A DNA stretch of 64,000 nt from Chloroflexota bacterium (lineage in GTDB: Bacteria; Chloroflexota; UBA11872; VXOZ01), in contig OZ244798.1 in NCBI GenBank assembly GCA_965220015.1, positions 1,954,063 to 2,018,062 on the forward strand, given 5' to 3'. Positions 46,029 to 56,126 of this stretch are shown here, one piece after another; position 1 is the stretch's first letter; every line of letters starts with the position of its first letter. Below the pieces are notes generated by a model. It was not told where the DNA came from and did no database searches. It saw only the letters and a program-made list of their open reading frames with translations. Made by a program: the position numbers and the translations under genes.

Positions 46029-48287
46029 ATGCGACGACGTGACGTTCTGAAACTAGCTGGTACATCGGGCATAGGAATGGGTGCCGCTGTTGCCTTTGCG
46101 GGCTGCGGCACGCCGGACCGCGAGTTCCACATTCAAAGCCCGGTGGATATTCCGGAAGACATGGTGACCGGGCTGGACACCTGGTATGCCAGTATCTGTC
46201 AGGATTCCGGTGACGGCTGCGGCGTAATCGTGCGGGTATTGAGCGGTCGCGCGCGTAAGATTGAAGGCAATCCGGATTACCCCTTGAACCGCGGCAAGAC
46301 CTCTGCGCGAGCGCAAGCTGCGCTCCAAACTCTCTACAATCCCGACCGGATTCCCAATCCCATGGTGCCGAGGCGCAGACGCGATCCCAGTCGCTACCGG
46401 TTCATGCGCTGGGAGGATGTGCTGCCCGAATTTCAGGAAAAGCTAAGCGCCGCCAGTGGCGGTGGCATCGTCATGATTACGGAGCCCGTAAACGGGCACT
46501 TGGGCATGATTCTCGAAAGATTCACCCAGAACGTCGGCGCCCGCTGGCTCACCTACGAGCCGCTCGAACAGGCCGCCGTGCGGCAGGCCGGTTCCCAGGT
46601 ATTTGGGTCCACTCGCGTGCCGCAGTTCGACGTCGCGAACACCTCTTACCTGCTTTCCATAGGCGGCAACTTTCTCGAAGGCGGTGACTCACCGGTTCAT
46701 TACGGCCGGGCTTACGGCAATTTCCGGCAAGGAGCGGGCCGGTCGCGGGGAACGTTTGCGCATTTTGACACGCACTTGACCATGACGGCGGCCAACGCCG
46801 ACGAGTGGCATCCTGTTAACCCCGGTGCAGAGGGTATCTTGGCGCTGAGCATCGCGCACGCTGTTCTCGACGGCAAGGCGGTACCCGCCGCGCTGCAGCC
46901 CTTAACCGGCGGCGAAGGTACTCTGGAGGCCTATGCGGCCGAGCAGGTCGCTGATGTCACCGGTGTGCCGGCTGAGGTCATCCAGCAGGTAGCCCATGAC
47001 TTTGCCGCTGCCCCGACTGCGATTGCCATGGGGGGTGGCAGCGCCGCCGGGCATACGAACGGGCTCTTCAACATGACCGCCGTCTTCGCCCTCAATCTGC
47101 TGAAAGACAACGTGGGCCGGAAGGGCGGGGTACTGCTCAATGCGCCATCGCCCCTTGAGGACATACCCGCCGAAGCGCCGGTGACATCCTTCCAAGAGTG
47201 GGAAGCGTTCCTAAAGGAAGTAGACAGCGGCCAGGTACCGCAAGTTCTTCTAATCCATGGCGCCAATCCCGTATTTGGACTCCCTGGCGTCTTGAATACC
47301 GCCAGCGTGCTGGAGAAAATTCCTTATATTGTTAGTTTTTCGAATGTACTGGACGAAACCACAGCACTGGCAGACTTGATCCTGCCGGATCACCATTACT
47401 TGGAGAGTTGGGGTACGAGCGTGCCGCCGCTTGGCGCTGAGTATGCCACACTTGGCATCCAGCAACCCGTCGTCCGACCGTACCACCAGGAATTCGAAGG
47501 CGCAGCCGGGACGCGCGCGTTCGCCGACGTGCTGCTTGGTTTGGCGCAGACGCTTGGAGGATCACTCGCCGAAGCATTACCGTGGGAATCGATGAGAGAT
47601 GCGATTCGCGCCAGTGTGGATGAGCTTCAGGCTCGTGGGGACGGCTCGGTAACGAGCGACGATCCGGAGGTATTTTGGTTGTCGGTGCTGCAACGCGGCG
47701 GCTGGTGGGTACCAGCGGAGAGTGTGAGTCCCGCTGCACCGGACCTATCAGGCATGCAAGTTACAGAACCGGACTTCAGCAGTGATGTTCAGGATTACCC
47801 GTACCATCTTGTGGTAACCCCTTCTGTTCTCTTGGGAGATGGGAGCGGTAGTTTGGCGGCGTCGCCATGGCTGCAATCAACCTCCGATCCCATGACTACA
47901 GGTGTTTGGGGAACCTGGATTGCCTTGAGCCCTAAGACAATGGAGGCTCTGGGCATACAGGAAAATGACATTGTGCGCTTGACTTCGGTTGCCGGTTCAA
48001 TTATGGCTCCTGTCTACCCTTACCTTGGCATAGGCGAAGGTGTGGTCAGTGTGCCGCTGGGCCAAGGGCACGAACAGCTTGGACGGTACGCCGAGAATCG
48101 TGGGGATAACCCTCTGCGCATTTTGGCGCCGGTCGTTCAGGCGCAGACGGGAGCGCTTGCCTGGTCTGCGACTCGGGTACGGATAGCGGCCACAGGTCGC
48201 CGGACCCGCCTGCCGCGCATAGAAGGTATCACCGCGCCGGTGCAGATGCCCGATGAACAGACGTTCCAGATCACGAATGAGTCCTAA
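46029..48287 (+). CDS. actB: ACIII subunit ActB1 (molybdopterin-oxidoreductase-like domain, Tat-exported).
   Basis: Twin-arginine signal MRRRDVLKLAGTSG. CISM-family Mo-bisPGD-like fold. Confidence 0.75.
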   Translation: MRRRDVLKLAGTSGIGMGAAVAFAGCGTPDREFHIQSPVDIPEDMVTGLDTWYASICQDSGDGCGVIVRVLSGRARKIEGNPDYPLNRGKTSARAQAALQTLYNPDRIPNPMVPRRRRDPSRYRFMRWEDVLPEFQEKLSAASGGGIVMITEPVNGHLGMILERFTQNVGARWLTYEPLEQAAVRQAGSQVFGSTRVPQFDVANTSYLLSIGGNFLEGGDSPVHYGRAYGNFRQGAGRSRGTFAHFDTHLTMTAANADEWHPVNPGAEGILALSIAHAVLDGKAVPAALQPLTGGEGTLEAYAAEQVADVTGVPAEVIQQVAHDFAAAPTAIAMGGGSAAGHTNGLFNMTAVFALNLLKDNVGRKGGVLLNAPSPLEDIPAEAPVTSFQEWEAFLKEVDSGQVPQVLLIHGANPVFGLPGVLNTASVLEKIPYIVSFSNVLDETTALADLILPDHHYLESWGTSVPPLGAEYATLGIQQPVVRPYHQEFEGAAGTRAFADVLLGLAQTLGGSLAEALPWESMRDAIRASVDELQARGDGSVTSDDPEVFWLSVLQRGGWWVPAESVSPAAPDLSGMQVTEPDFSSDVQDYPYHLVVTPSVLLGDGSGSLAASPWLQSTSDPMTTGVWGTWIALSPKTMEALGIQENDIVRLTSVAGSIMAPVYPYLGIGEGVVSVPLGQGHEQLGRYAENRGDNPLRILAPVVQAQTGALAWSATRVRIAATGRRTRLPRIEGITAPVQMPDEQTFQITNES

Positions 48288-48308
48288 TTAGAGCGGGGAG
48301 ATACGGCG

Positions 48309-49115
48309 TTGAGACAGGGCGCAGAAGGACAAGAACTAGACACAAGCAAGCCGGTGACGAGCATTGGCCGCCGCTGGGGTATGGTGGTGGACCTTGACCG
48401 CTGTACCGGTTGCCAGGCCTGTGTGGTTGCCTGCCATGCCGAGAACAATATCGCGTTGAACCTCGAAGACATCGTGATCCAGCAGCGAGCGATTAATTGG
48501 ATTCGCATCGAGCGTTATTGGGAAGGCGAATATCCCAACGTTAAGGCGCGTTTCCTGCCTATGTTCTGTCAGCACTGCAATAACGCTCCCTGCGAGCCGG
48601 TGTGTCCCGTGTACGCGACCTACCACAACCAAGAAGGTCTGAACGTTCAGGTGTACAACCGCTGCATTGGGACGCGCTACTGCGCCAACAACTGTCCATA
48701 CCATGCCCGCTTCTTTAACTTCTGGGAACGCGACCTCGAAGAAGAACATAGAGAATACCTGAACCCCAACGTTACGGTTCGCACCAAGGGCATCATGGAA
48801 AAGTGCACGTTCTGCGTGCAGCGCATCCGCAAGAGCGAATGGGAGCGTCGGCAGGCAGATGAAGAACTGCAAGACGGTGACGTGACGCCGGCCTGCGTGC
48901 AGGCATGTCCGACCGAAACACTCGTGTTCGGCAATCTTGAAGATGAGAACTCACGTGTCGCGCAGTTGGCGGAGAATAAGCGGCACTACCGTGTACTTGA
49001 AAACCTTGGCACTGACACCAATGTGATCTACTTGAAGAAGGTTGATCCGCATGCAAGCGAGACAGCACCAGCACACGCTGGAGCCGCTGCCAACTCCGGC
49101 AGAAATAGCGCGTGA
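48309..49115 (+). CDS. actB: ACIII subunit ActB2 (four-cluster 4Fe-4S ferredoxin-type iron-sulfur subunit).
   Basis: Four Cys clusters (CTGCQACVVAC, CQHCNNAPCEPVCP, CIGTRYCANNCP, CTFCV...CVQACP). TTG start with GGGGAG RBS. Same reading frame as ActB1, separated by a single TAA. Confidence 0.75.
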   Translation: MRQGAEGQELDTSKPVTSIGRRWGMVVDLDRCTGCQACVVACHAENNIALNLEDIVIQQRAINWIRIERYWEGEYPNVKARFLPMFCQHCNNAPCEPVCPVYATYHNQEGLNVQVYNRCIGTRYCANNCPYHARFFNFWERDLEEEHREYLNPNVTVRTKGIMEKCTFCVQRIRKSEWERRQADEELQDGDVTPACVQACPTETLVFGNLEDENSRVAQLAENKRHYRVLENLGTDTNVIYLKKVDPHASETAPAHAGAAANSGRNSA

Positions 49116-50424
49116 CATCTTTAGTCGAGCATTAGGGAGCAGCGGCACCTATCGGGCCACGTTGCTCATCCTCTTGCTGCTCTTTGCCGGAGGGGTCGTC
49201 GGCTTCGCTATACGGCTTGGCGCCGGTCTGGAAGACCGCGGGCCGTGGGGCTACTATGCCGCCGTGTTTGGCTTCCTTTTCACCGTGGGGCAAGCAGCGC
49301 CGATGGTGGCTTTTGTGCCGCGTCTTGCGCGCGCCCGGTGGCATGGGCCGCTCGTTCGCGCAGCGCAAGTGGTGGCGGTAGCGGGATTGCTGAACGTGCT
49401 GCTCTTCATCCCACTGCTGTGGCTGGTGCCTTCCAGTGCAGTACGCACAACGGTGTGGTTCGACTGGCCGTGGGGCGCGCCGCACTTCTATGACACGATC
49501 TTTGTCCTGATGCTCGTTATGAACGGATTCGCGTTCTTGTGGGTGCAGGCTCTGCCGGACCTCGCCGCGCTGCGCGTGCAAAGCGGCGGCACGCATCGGT
49601 TGGCACGGCTGCTCTCGGGATCGTTCATTGGCACGCCAAAGCAATGGAAGGTCCATAGAATAGGCTTGGCCGTGCTGGGCGGCTGCTATGTGATGAACTT
49701 CATATTTGTACAGTCTCTTATCAGTCTCGACTACGTGATGACGCTCGTGCCGGGCTGGAAGAGCTCAATGTTCCCGGCCTTCTATAGCATCAACGGTTTG
49801 CTGGCAGCAACGGCGACGACAATCGTTGTTATGGCTTTGATCCGACGATTCTATGGGCTGCAGCGCTACATCACCGTTGATCAATTCTGGAACGTAGCCA
49901 AGATAATGCTGGCGCTCAATCTCGCTTGGGCCTATCACTGGTGGTCGGACTTTCTTACGACATGGTACGGGCGTGTCCCGCGGGAAACCATTGTCACCAT
50001 TGATATGCGCAGCTTTGGCGAGAATATGTGGCTCTTCGTTACTGCATTCTTCTGCTGCTTTGTGCTGCCATTGCTCATATTGATGTGGAATCCCTGGCGC
50101 AAGAGCGTTGCAGGCCCAACTGTGGTTGCGGCTCTTTCGCTCTTTGGCATTTTCATTCAGCGGATAATCGACTACGTGCCTACGTATCTTGTTACACAAG
50201 ACCCGCTAGACCATGAGTTGCACGAGGCCATTGCAGTTCCGTGGCCCGGTCTGCCGGACGTACTTATCATCGTCGGCGGCTTGGCCGGTGCGGTTCTCTT
50301 GGTTACGTGGGCCATCAAGGCCTTAGGCCCGCTGTCGAATTGGGAAATGCAAGAGGGCGTGATCCTGCGCCGCCACGAGCGTTTCCTCAAGACTGAGGTT
50401 CCGTATGTTATCAAGCCGCAGTAA
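49042..50424 (+). CDS. actC: ACIII membrane subunit ActC (NrfD/PsrC-like polytopic quinol-interacting subunit).
   Basis: About 10 predicted TM helices, NrfD-like. Start overlaps the actB2 3' end by about 70 nt, with no later in-frame start before the first TM. Confidence 0.7.
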   Translation: MIRMQARQHQHTLEPLPTPAEIARDIFSRALGSSGTYRATLLILLLLFAGGVVGFAIRLGAGLEDRGPWGYYAAVFGFLFTVGQAAPMVAFVPRLARARWHGPLVRAAQVVAVAGLLNVLLFIPLLWLVPSSAVRTTVWFDWPWGAPHFYDTIFVLMLVMNGFAFLWVQALPDLAALRVQSGGTHRLARLLSGSFIGTPKQWKVHRIGLAVLGGCYVMNFIFVQSLISLDYVMTLVPGWKSSMFPAFYSINGLLAATATTIVVMALIRRFYGLQRYITVDQFWNVAKIMLALNLAWAYHWWSDFLTTWYGRVPRETIVTIDMRSFGENMWLFVTAFFCCFVLPLLILMWNPWRKSVAGPTVVAALSLFGIFIQRIIDYVPTYLVTQDPLDHELHEAIAVPWPGLPDVLIIVGGLAGAVLLVTWAIKALGPLSNWEMQEGVILRRHERFLKTEVPYVIKPQ

Positions 50425-50483
50425 GACATCTCGTTCGCTGCCACGACACTCTGGAGGGAAGCAGATGAAGGAGTTGAGAGCCG

Positions 50484-51851
50484 ATGCATGAGCGCCCCCG
50501 GCTCACCCCTATTCAGATTAATCGAGACCTGCTGCGCTCAGTACTAGAGACGCCGTTGGTGTTCTACGTGCTGCTGCTGCTCTTGATGGGCTTGGTAGGG
50601 CTCGGTGTGGTTGCAGCGACATTGCTTGTTACCTACGGCCTGGGCGTAACCGGACTCAATCACCCGGTCTTTTGGGGATTCTTCATCATCAATTTCGTGT
50701 TCTGGGTGGGTATCAGCCATGCCGGAACCATGATCTCAGCAATTCTGCGGCTAACTGCTGCAGAATGGCGCCGTCCGGTAGTGCGCGCTGCAGAAGTCAT
50801 GACGGTGTTCTCCCTGATGACGGCCGCACTCTTTGTCGTGCTGCATACTGGTCGACCTTGGCGCACGCTCTACTGGGCATTCCCCTATGACTTCGTGCGC
50901 GGTATCTGGCCCGATGTTCGTTCGCCGCTGGTGTGGGACCCAAGCGCGATTTTCACGTATCTCACAGGAAGCATCCTGTTTGTCTACGCCGCCCTGATTC
51001 CGGACTTGGCCTTGGCCCGTGACAAGACCACGGGTTGGCGGCGCACTTTGTACGGCGTTCTTTGCCTTGGCTGGCGTGGAAACGCGCGGCAGTGGAAACT
51101 TCTCAATGCGACAGGGCTGCTGCTTTCGGCGCTCATCTTGCCGGTATTTGTGTCCGTGCACAGCATCGTGTCTTGGGACTTCGGCATGTCTCTGGTTCCA
51201 GGCTGGCACGTGCACATCTTCGCGCCCTATTTCGTGGTGGGTGCGGTGCTTTCAGGGGTGGCAGCCGTAATCGCCCTCATGGCCGTTATGCGCTCCTTGT
51301 TCCGCCTGCACGACTACATTCGCCCCGAACACTTCGACATGATTGGGCGTCTGCTCATTGTCGTCGCCTTGGCTTGGGCGTACTTTTATTTCATAGATGT
51401 TGTCTTCGCATTGCTGAGCAAAGAAGAAGCGGAATACGAAGTAATGAAACTGCGGCTTTCGCCGCCGTACCTCTACTTGTTCCTCTTGATGATTACGTGC
51501 AACGTCTTCTTGCCGGTGCCGATCTGGATGTTCCGGAGATTTCGCCGGAATATCGGCATCATGGTTTTCACGGCCCTTGTCGTAAACATCGGCATGTGGT
51601 TGGAGCGCTTCCTGATCATTGTGCCAACGCTCCAGCGGCGGCATCCCGATGCGTTTGCTTGGGGTGAGTACTCCGCCAGCCTCGTCGAGATTTCGCTGGT
51701 CATTTTCTCTTTCGCCAACGTAGGATTGTTACTGTTACTGTTCTCCAAGATATTCCCCGTAATTCCCATTTGGGAAGAAAAAGAGGGTCATATCTGGAAA
51801 CGCGAATTCCGCATCGGCAAATTACGCTTGCCTGCAATAGTGAGAGAATAG
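50484..51851 (+). CDS. actF: Second NrfD-like membrane subunit of ACIII (ActF-like).
   Basis: Paralogous polytopic membrane protein, similar to the preceding ORF (shared WRG/ALAWAY-type motifs). Confidence 0.65.
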   Translation: MHERPRLTPIQINRDLLRSVLETPLVFYVLLLLLMGLVGLGVVAATLLVTYGLGVTGLNHPVFWGFFIINFVFWVGISHAGTMISAILRLTAAEWRRPVVRAAEVMTVFSLMTAALFVVLHTGRPWRTLYWAFPYDFVRGIWPDVRSPLVWDPSAIFTYLTGSILFVYAALIPDLALARDKTTGWRRTLYGVLCLGWRGNARQWKLLNATGLLLSALILPVFVSVHSIVSWDFGMSLVPGWHVHIFAPYFVVGAVLSGVAAVIALMAVMRSLFRLHDYIRPEHFDMIGRLLIVVALAWAYFYFIDVVFALLSKEEAEYEVMKLRLSPPYLYLFLLMITCNVFLPVPIWMFRRFRRNIGIMVFTALVVNIGMWLERFLIIVPTLQRRHPDAFAWGEYSASLVEISLVIFSFANVGLLLLLFSKIFPVIPIWEEKEGHIWKREFRIGKLRLPAIVRE

Positions 51852-51861
51852 GGAGGCAACT

Positions 51862-52374
51862 ATGCCCAGTGTTCTGGGACTATTCGAATCGGCGGACACC
51901 GCGGCAGATGCCGCGGACCGTCTCCAGGCCTCGGGGTTTGGCCCGACAGACTACGAAGTACTGACGGGCGCCCCCTATCCGGAAGGCGCCTTTGGCGAGG
52001 ACTCCGGAGATCATCGCCTGTTTATATTTCCGCTTGGCGGCGCGATGATAGGTTTTGCTGTCGGCTTGATGGTGACCGCCGGCACGCAGATTTCCTATCC
52101 CCTCATTACTGCCGGCAAGCCGATTCTCGGCATTCCTCCGATGTTCATCATCATGTATGAAGGCACGATGTTGGGTGCCCTAATCTTCACCATCATGGGC
52201 GTGATATTTGAATCGCGTCTCCCTAACCTTACGAACGATCTCTACGATTCTCGTATCACTGAGGGCTACGTCGGCTTGGTGGTGCGGTGCGACGATGATG
52301 CCCAAGCTGACACAGCGCAAAGCACCCTCACCGAAGCAGGCGCCGAAGAAGTGAAACACCAAGGACGGAGCTGA
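51862..52374 (+). CDS. actD: ACIII subunit ActD (DUF3341-like small membrane subunit).
   Basis: N-terminal GLFESADTAADAADRL soluble segment followed by two TM helices. Size and position typical of ActD. Confidence 0.6.
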   Translation: MPSVLGLFESADTAADAADRLQASGFGPTDYEVLTGAPYPEGAFGEDSGDHRLFIFPLGGAMIGFAVGLMVTAGTQISYPLITAGKPILGIPPMFIIMYEGTMLGALIFTIMGVIFESRLPNLTNDLYDSRITEGYVGLVVRCDDDAQADTAQSTLTEAGAEEVKHQGRS

Positions 52375-52379
52375 CCCTG

Positions 52380-52940
52380 ATGCGAGACCGGCTGGAGACA
52401 CATGGCCTGTTCCGCTCCATGCGTGACATTGTGCGTCCGCGCTGGTTGGCGCTGTCTGTTGTCCTCGGCATTCTTATGACCGGTCTGCTGACGTCGTGTA
52501 ATGGCTATCTCTGGGATATATTTCCCGAGATGCATTACCAGCAGTCATATCGACTCCAAGAGCCCCCCAGGCGTATGCCTCCTCCTGATTCTGTGCCGGT
52601 GACGGGCAAAGAGCGAACATACGGGTTTGTTGAGGCCGCGGAGATCGCAAATCCTTTGGAGACTACACCGGAACGTCTTGAGTCTGCGCAGAAGCTCTTC
52701 GAGACGAATTGCAAGCACTGCCACGGCCCGGAGGGACGCGGCGACGGTCTGGTCGGCGCTTACTTCGATCCAATGCCGGTTGAACTGCAATCCGACCGGG
52801 TTCGAGAACGCCAGGATGGAGAAATCTACTGGATCCTGGGCAACGGCTTAGGCAATATGCCCTCGTTTAGCAATTTGCTGACCCCTGAAGAGCGCTGGGA
52901 ACTCATCCTCTTCATACGGTCACTGCAGGCTAGTGGCTAG
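52380..52940 (+). CDS. actE: ACIII subunit ActE (membrane-anchored monohaem cytochrome c).
   Basis: N-terminal TM plus a single CKHCHG haem motif. Confidence 0.7.
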   Translation: MRDRLETHGLFRSMRDIVRPRWLALSVVLGILMTGLLTSCNGYLWDIFPEMHYQQSYRLQEPPRRMPPPDSVPVTGKERTYGFVEAAEIANPLETTPERLESAQKLFETNCKHCHGPEGRGDGLVGAYFDPMPVELQSDRVRERQDGEIYWILGNGLGNMPSFSNLLTPEERWELILFIRSLQASG

Positions 52941-52959
52941 CGACAGGAGATAGCGACAC

Positions 52960-53247
52960 ATGGACCATCCTTTGGCACTGCCCATCTGGGACGAGATAGG
53001 CACTGGGCTCATCTTCTTTTGGGGCGCGCTCTTCATGATGGTCGTTATGGCCGTCTCCTTCTTGCTCGCGCATGCCATCATCCCGTCCTTAGTGGGTACC
53101 AGCGACCTGCCGCAAGGGTTCGCTCGCTTGCGCCCAGTGTTCTACGTTTCCGCAATCGTTGCGCTCCTGCTCGCGTTATTTCTCTACTACACGACCTGGG
53201 AAACCATCTCGGTATACCTGGACTACTATCCGCGTAAGTGGATTTAG
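52960..53247 (+). CDS. Small two-TM membrane protein, possibly an ActG-like accessory subunit.
   Basis: 95 aa with two hydrophobic helices. Last gene before the terminator. Confidence 0.4.
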   Translation: MDHPLALPIWDEIGTGLIFFWGALFMMVVMAVSFLLAHAIIPSLVGTSDLPQGFARLRPVFYVSAIVALLLALFLYYTTWETISVYLDYYPRKWI

Positions 53248-53320
53248 CTGAGAGCGCGGCATAGCGCCGCCTCTCCAAATCAGCATGACCCACACACAAT
53301 TACTTCCACCATTGCATTGG

Positions 53321-53353
53321 AAAAGAGGCGCCGAACGGCGCCTCTTTTGTGTT
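53321..53353 (+). terminator. Rho-independent (potentially bidirectional) terminator after the ACIII operon.
   Basis: AAAAGAGGCGCC-GAAC-GGCGCCTCTTTT hairpin followed by GTGTT. Confidence 0.7.
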
Positions 53354-53609
53354 GATGTTCCTTCACTTCGTAAGACCCGCCGCTTGCGGACCTAAGTAGT
53401 ACAGGGCAAATCCCACGCTGGCCGTAACTCGGTATTTGGCCCCAATTCCAAACGTCTAGGCCGGCCAGGCTAGGGATGAACTGCGAGTTCACTTCCACAG
53501 GCCGTCCGCCCAAACAGAGCGATAGTGCCGTGCCTGCATTCTCATTTGCTCTTGCCGACATGTAACGAGACCAAAGCGAAGAGCAGACCTTTGCCGGCCG
53601 GCTTGTCGC

Positions 53610-53638
53610 TTGACAGGCCATCAGTCAATTGCTACTAT
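53610..53638 (+). promoter_or_regulatory. Sigma70-type promoter TTGACA-17 nt-TACTAT for the sulfurtransferase gene.
   Basis: Exact -35 consensus, 17-nt spacer, good -10. AAGGAG RBS ahead of the ATG at 53691. Confidence 0.6.
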
Positions 53639-53690
53639 GTAGACCAACTTGGTCAACTTAATCAATAATACTCATTAAGGAGTAGCAACT

Positions 53691-54530
53691 ATGGCTGATT
53701 TTCCCGATTCTGATGTTCTAGTCTCTACGGACTGGGTCGCGGCACACGGCAATGACGCGAACATTAGGCTCGTCGAGGTGGACGTAGACACAACCGCATA
53801 TGAGACAGGTCACATCGCCGGCGCGGTTGATTGGGGCTGGCAGTCGGACCTCAACGATCCGGTGCGCCGCGACCTCATTGGCAAACAAGACCTTGAGCGG
53901 CTGCTGGGCCAAAGTGGCATCACACCGGACACTACGGTGGTCCTCTATGGCGACAATAACAATTGGTTTGCGGCCTTCGCCCTCTGGATTCTCAAGATTT
54001 ACGGGCACAAGGACACGCGCCTGATGAACGGCGGGCGCGTGAAGTGGGAGGATGAGGGCCGACCGCTCACGTCCGATATTCCCGATGTCGCGCAAGCTGC
54101 CTACAGCGCTCAAGCTGCGGATACCGCCTTGCGAGTCTTCCAGGGCGATGTCCAGGCACGCTTGGGCAACCCCAACGTCGGTATGGTAGACGTGCGCTCT
54201 CCACAAGAGTTCACCGGTGAAATCTTGGCGCCCCCCGGTTTGCCGGAAACTGCCCAGCGCGGCGGCCATATCCCCGGCGCCGCCAATATCCCCTGGGCGT
54301 CGGCAGTGGCCGATGACGGCACGTTCAAGTCGCCTGAAGAATTGAGTGCAATCTACGGCGGCAAAGGCATTGTGCCGGACAAGGAGATCGTGACGTACTG
54401 CCGAATTGGGGAACGCTCGTCTCACACCTGGTTCGTTCTCAAGTATCTCTTGGGCTATCCGGACGTGCGCAACTACGATGGCTCGTGGACGGAGTGGGGC
54501 AGCATGATCGCGGTGCCCATCGAGAAGTAA
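53691..54530 (+). CDS. sseA: Thiosulfate/3-mercaptopyruvate sulfurtransferase (tandem rhodanese domains).
   Basis: Two rhodanese modules. Active-site CRIGERSSH (CRxGx[R/T]) in the second domain. Confidence 0.8.
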   Translation: MADFPDSDVLVSTDWVAAHGNDANIRLVEVDVDTTAYETGHIAGAVDWGWQSDLNDPVRRDLIGKQDLERLLGQSGITPDTTVVLYGDNNNWFAAFALWILKIYGHKDTRLMNGGRVKWEDEGRPLTSDIPDVAQAAYSAQAADTALRVFQGDVQARLGNPNVGMVDVRSPQEFTGEILAPPGLPETAQRGGHIPGAANIPWASAVADDGTFKSPEELSAIYGGKGIVPDKEIVTYCRIGERSSHTWFVLKYLLGYPDVRNYDGSWTEWGSMIAVPIEK

Positions 54531-54631
54531 TGGGCAATAGCTCTCTGAGCGAACCAAAGCGACGACACACTTGTGTCTTGCCGAACAATGAGCACACGGC
54601 GAATTTTCTGTAGTAGCAAGAGGAGGATTAA

Positions 54632-55831
54632 GTGTTGAACTCGATTAAACTCTCTGGAGTGAACGCGACGGCAAGGTGGCACCGGCTATTTGCGCCATTG
54701 CTTGCCGCCCTTGCCCTGGCCTTCGTGGCTGCCGCTTGCGGCACGTATGTCATACAGCCGGAGGTACCGGTTTCCACGGCAAAATATGAAGTCTGGGCCA
54801 TGGACCAGACCAACAACATTATCCACATCATCAACCCGCAGCTTGAGGTGGTGGAGACAGTCGACCTCTCTGAAGCGGGCTTGGAGAGAACACACTGGAT
54901 CAACTTCACGAGCGATTCCAAGTACGCGTGGATAGCCAGCACGGTCTCCGGCAACACCGCCGTCATCAGAGCGGAAGACCGGCAGGTGATTGCCACGTTC
55001 GACACGGGCCCCGCGAGCCATGCCGCGGACATCTATCCGGACGACAGCGGCGTTCTCGTTTCGGTTATCAAGAGTGGGGAATTGGTGGAGATTGTGGCGG
55101 ACCACGCAACGGAGACCTTCTCCGTAGGCCGCACCTTGAAAATTGCGGAGGACCCGCTCGTCAAGGCCCGGGCAGACGAATTTCCCTCCGCCAATCCGAT
55201 CTCGTCAGCGTTCACCCGAGACGGGCGCTACGCATACGTGACGCTGGGTCCTGCCCTTGCCAATGGCGGGTTGGTCATACTGGATTTGGAGACTTTTACC
55301 TTGGTCAAGGCGTACTCGCCGCAAGAGGTCAAGGTCAATCTGATGAGCGTCCTCTCGCCCGATGGCACCAAGATGTTCGTCACCGGGGGCTCGCGGGACG
55401 CGAAGAGCCTCTTCTACGTGTTTGATACCGCAACGCATGAGGTTATCGCCAAGGACGCAACCCGTGGGGCCGAGGCGCACGGCATGGCGCTGACGCCTGA
55501 CGGCTCCGAGATTTGGATTACCAACCGCTGGACCGGCAACGTCGGCATTATTAGCACCGAGTACAACGACTTCATCGAGCGGATACCCTTTGTCGGGGAA
55601 GCGCCGGACCTCCTGGCCTTTTCACCTGATGGTGTCTTCGCGTTCATCCTATTGCGGGGTGGCGGACCAACGGATGCCGGCGCTATGTCCGGCGCCGGCG
55701 AACTGCCCGCCGTGGTGGTTGTGGCGGTGGAGACCAGGCAGGTCGTGGACATCCTGATTCAAGGTGAACTTACAGATGAAGGCGAACTGCCGGCGCTGGA
55801 CTACCACGGCATAGCAATCAGGCAGTTGTAA
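54632..55831 (+). CDS. Lipoprotein with YVTN-type beta-propeller repeats.
   Basis: Signal peptide with lipobox-like AAAC-G. Repeated SPDG../TPDG.. beta-propeller blades. Confidence 0.55.
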   Translation: MLNSIKLSGVNATARWHRLFAPLLAALALAFVAAACGTYVIQPEVPVSTAKYEVWAMDQTNNIIHIINPQLEVVETVDLSEAGLERTHWINFTSDSKYAWIASTVSGNTAVIRAEDRQVIATFDTGPASHAADIYPDDSGVLVSVIKSGELVEIVADHATETFSVGRTLKIAEDPLVKARADEFPSANPISSAFTRDGRYAYVTLGPALANGGLVILDLETFTLVKAYSPQEVKVNLMSVLSPDGTKMFVTGGSRDAKSLFYVFDTATHEVIAKDATRGAEAHGMALTPDGSEIWITNRWTGNVGIISTEYNDFIERIPFVGEAPDLLAFSPDGVFAFILLRGGGPTDAGAMSGAGELPAVVVVAVETRQVVDILIQGELTDEGELPALDYHGIAIRQL

Positions 55832-55865
55832 GCCGGCCGCGATCGGTACAGTTCGGCAAGACAGT

Positions 55866-55913
55866 GCAGAAGCCGGTCACAGGTGTGAGACCGGCTTCTG
55901 TCTTTGCGACTTT
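55866..55913. terminator. Strong hairpin terminator between the convergent lipoprotein and SpoIID genes.
   Basis: 12-bp stem GCAGAAGCCGGTC/GACCGGCTTCTG with 10-nt loop, followed by TCTTTGCGACTTT. Confidence 0.65.
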
Positions 55914-56126
55914 CCCGCTTTGCTTAGGCGGAATAAAGCAACGCTCTATGTAAGGCAGGCGGAATTGATTTCCGCCTACTGCATTGTTCGGTCACTTCTG
56001 CGTAGGCCAAACCTAAGTGCCCTTTGGCTCTAGCCTTTACTTCTTGAGACGGATTAGGCTCGTCCCTATCTCGTCGGCTCTTCGCCAGACCTGGAGCATC
56101 GTGCGGCCTGGGCTTAGCCGTTGACG

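Noticed and set aside
48285-48309. Calling actB a pseudogene because ActB1 and ActB2 are in one frame separated by a single stop
   Set aside because: A plausible RBS (GGGGAG) and TTG restart immediately follow, and split ActB is biologically workable. Without read data, a pseudogene call is unjustified.
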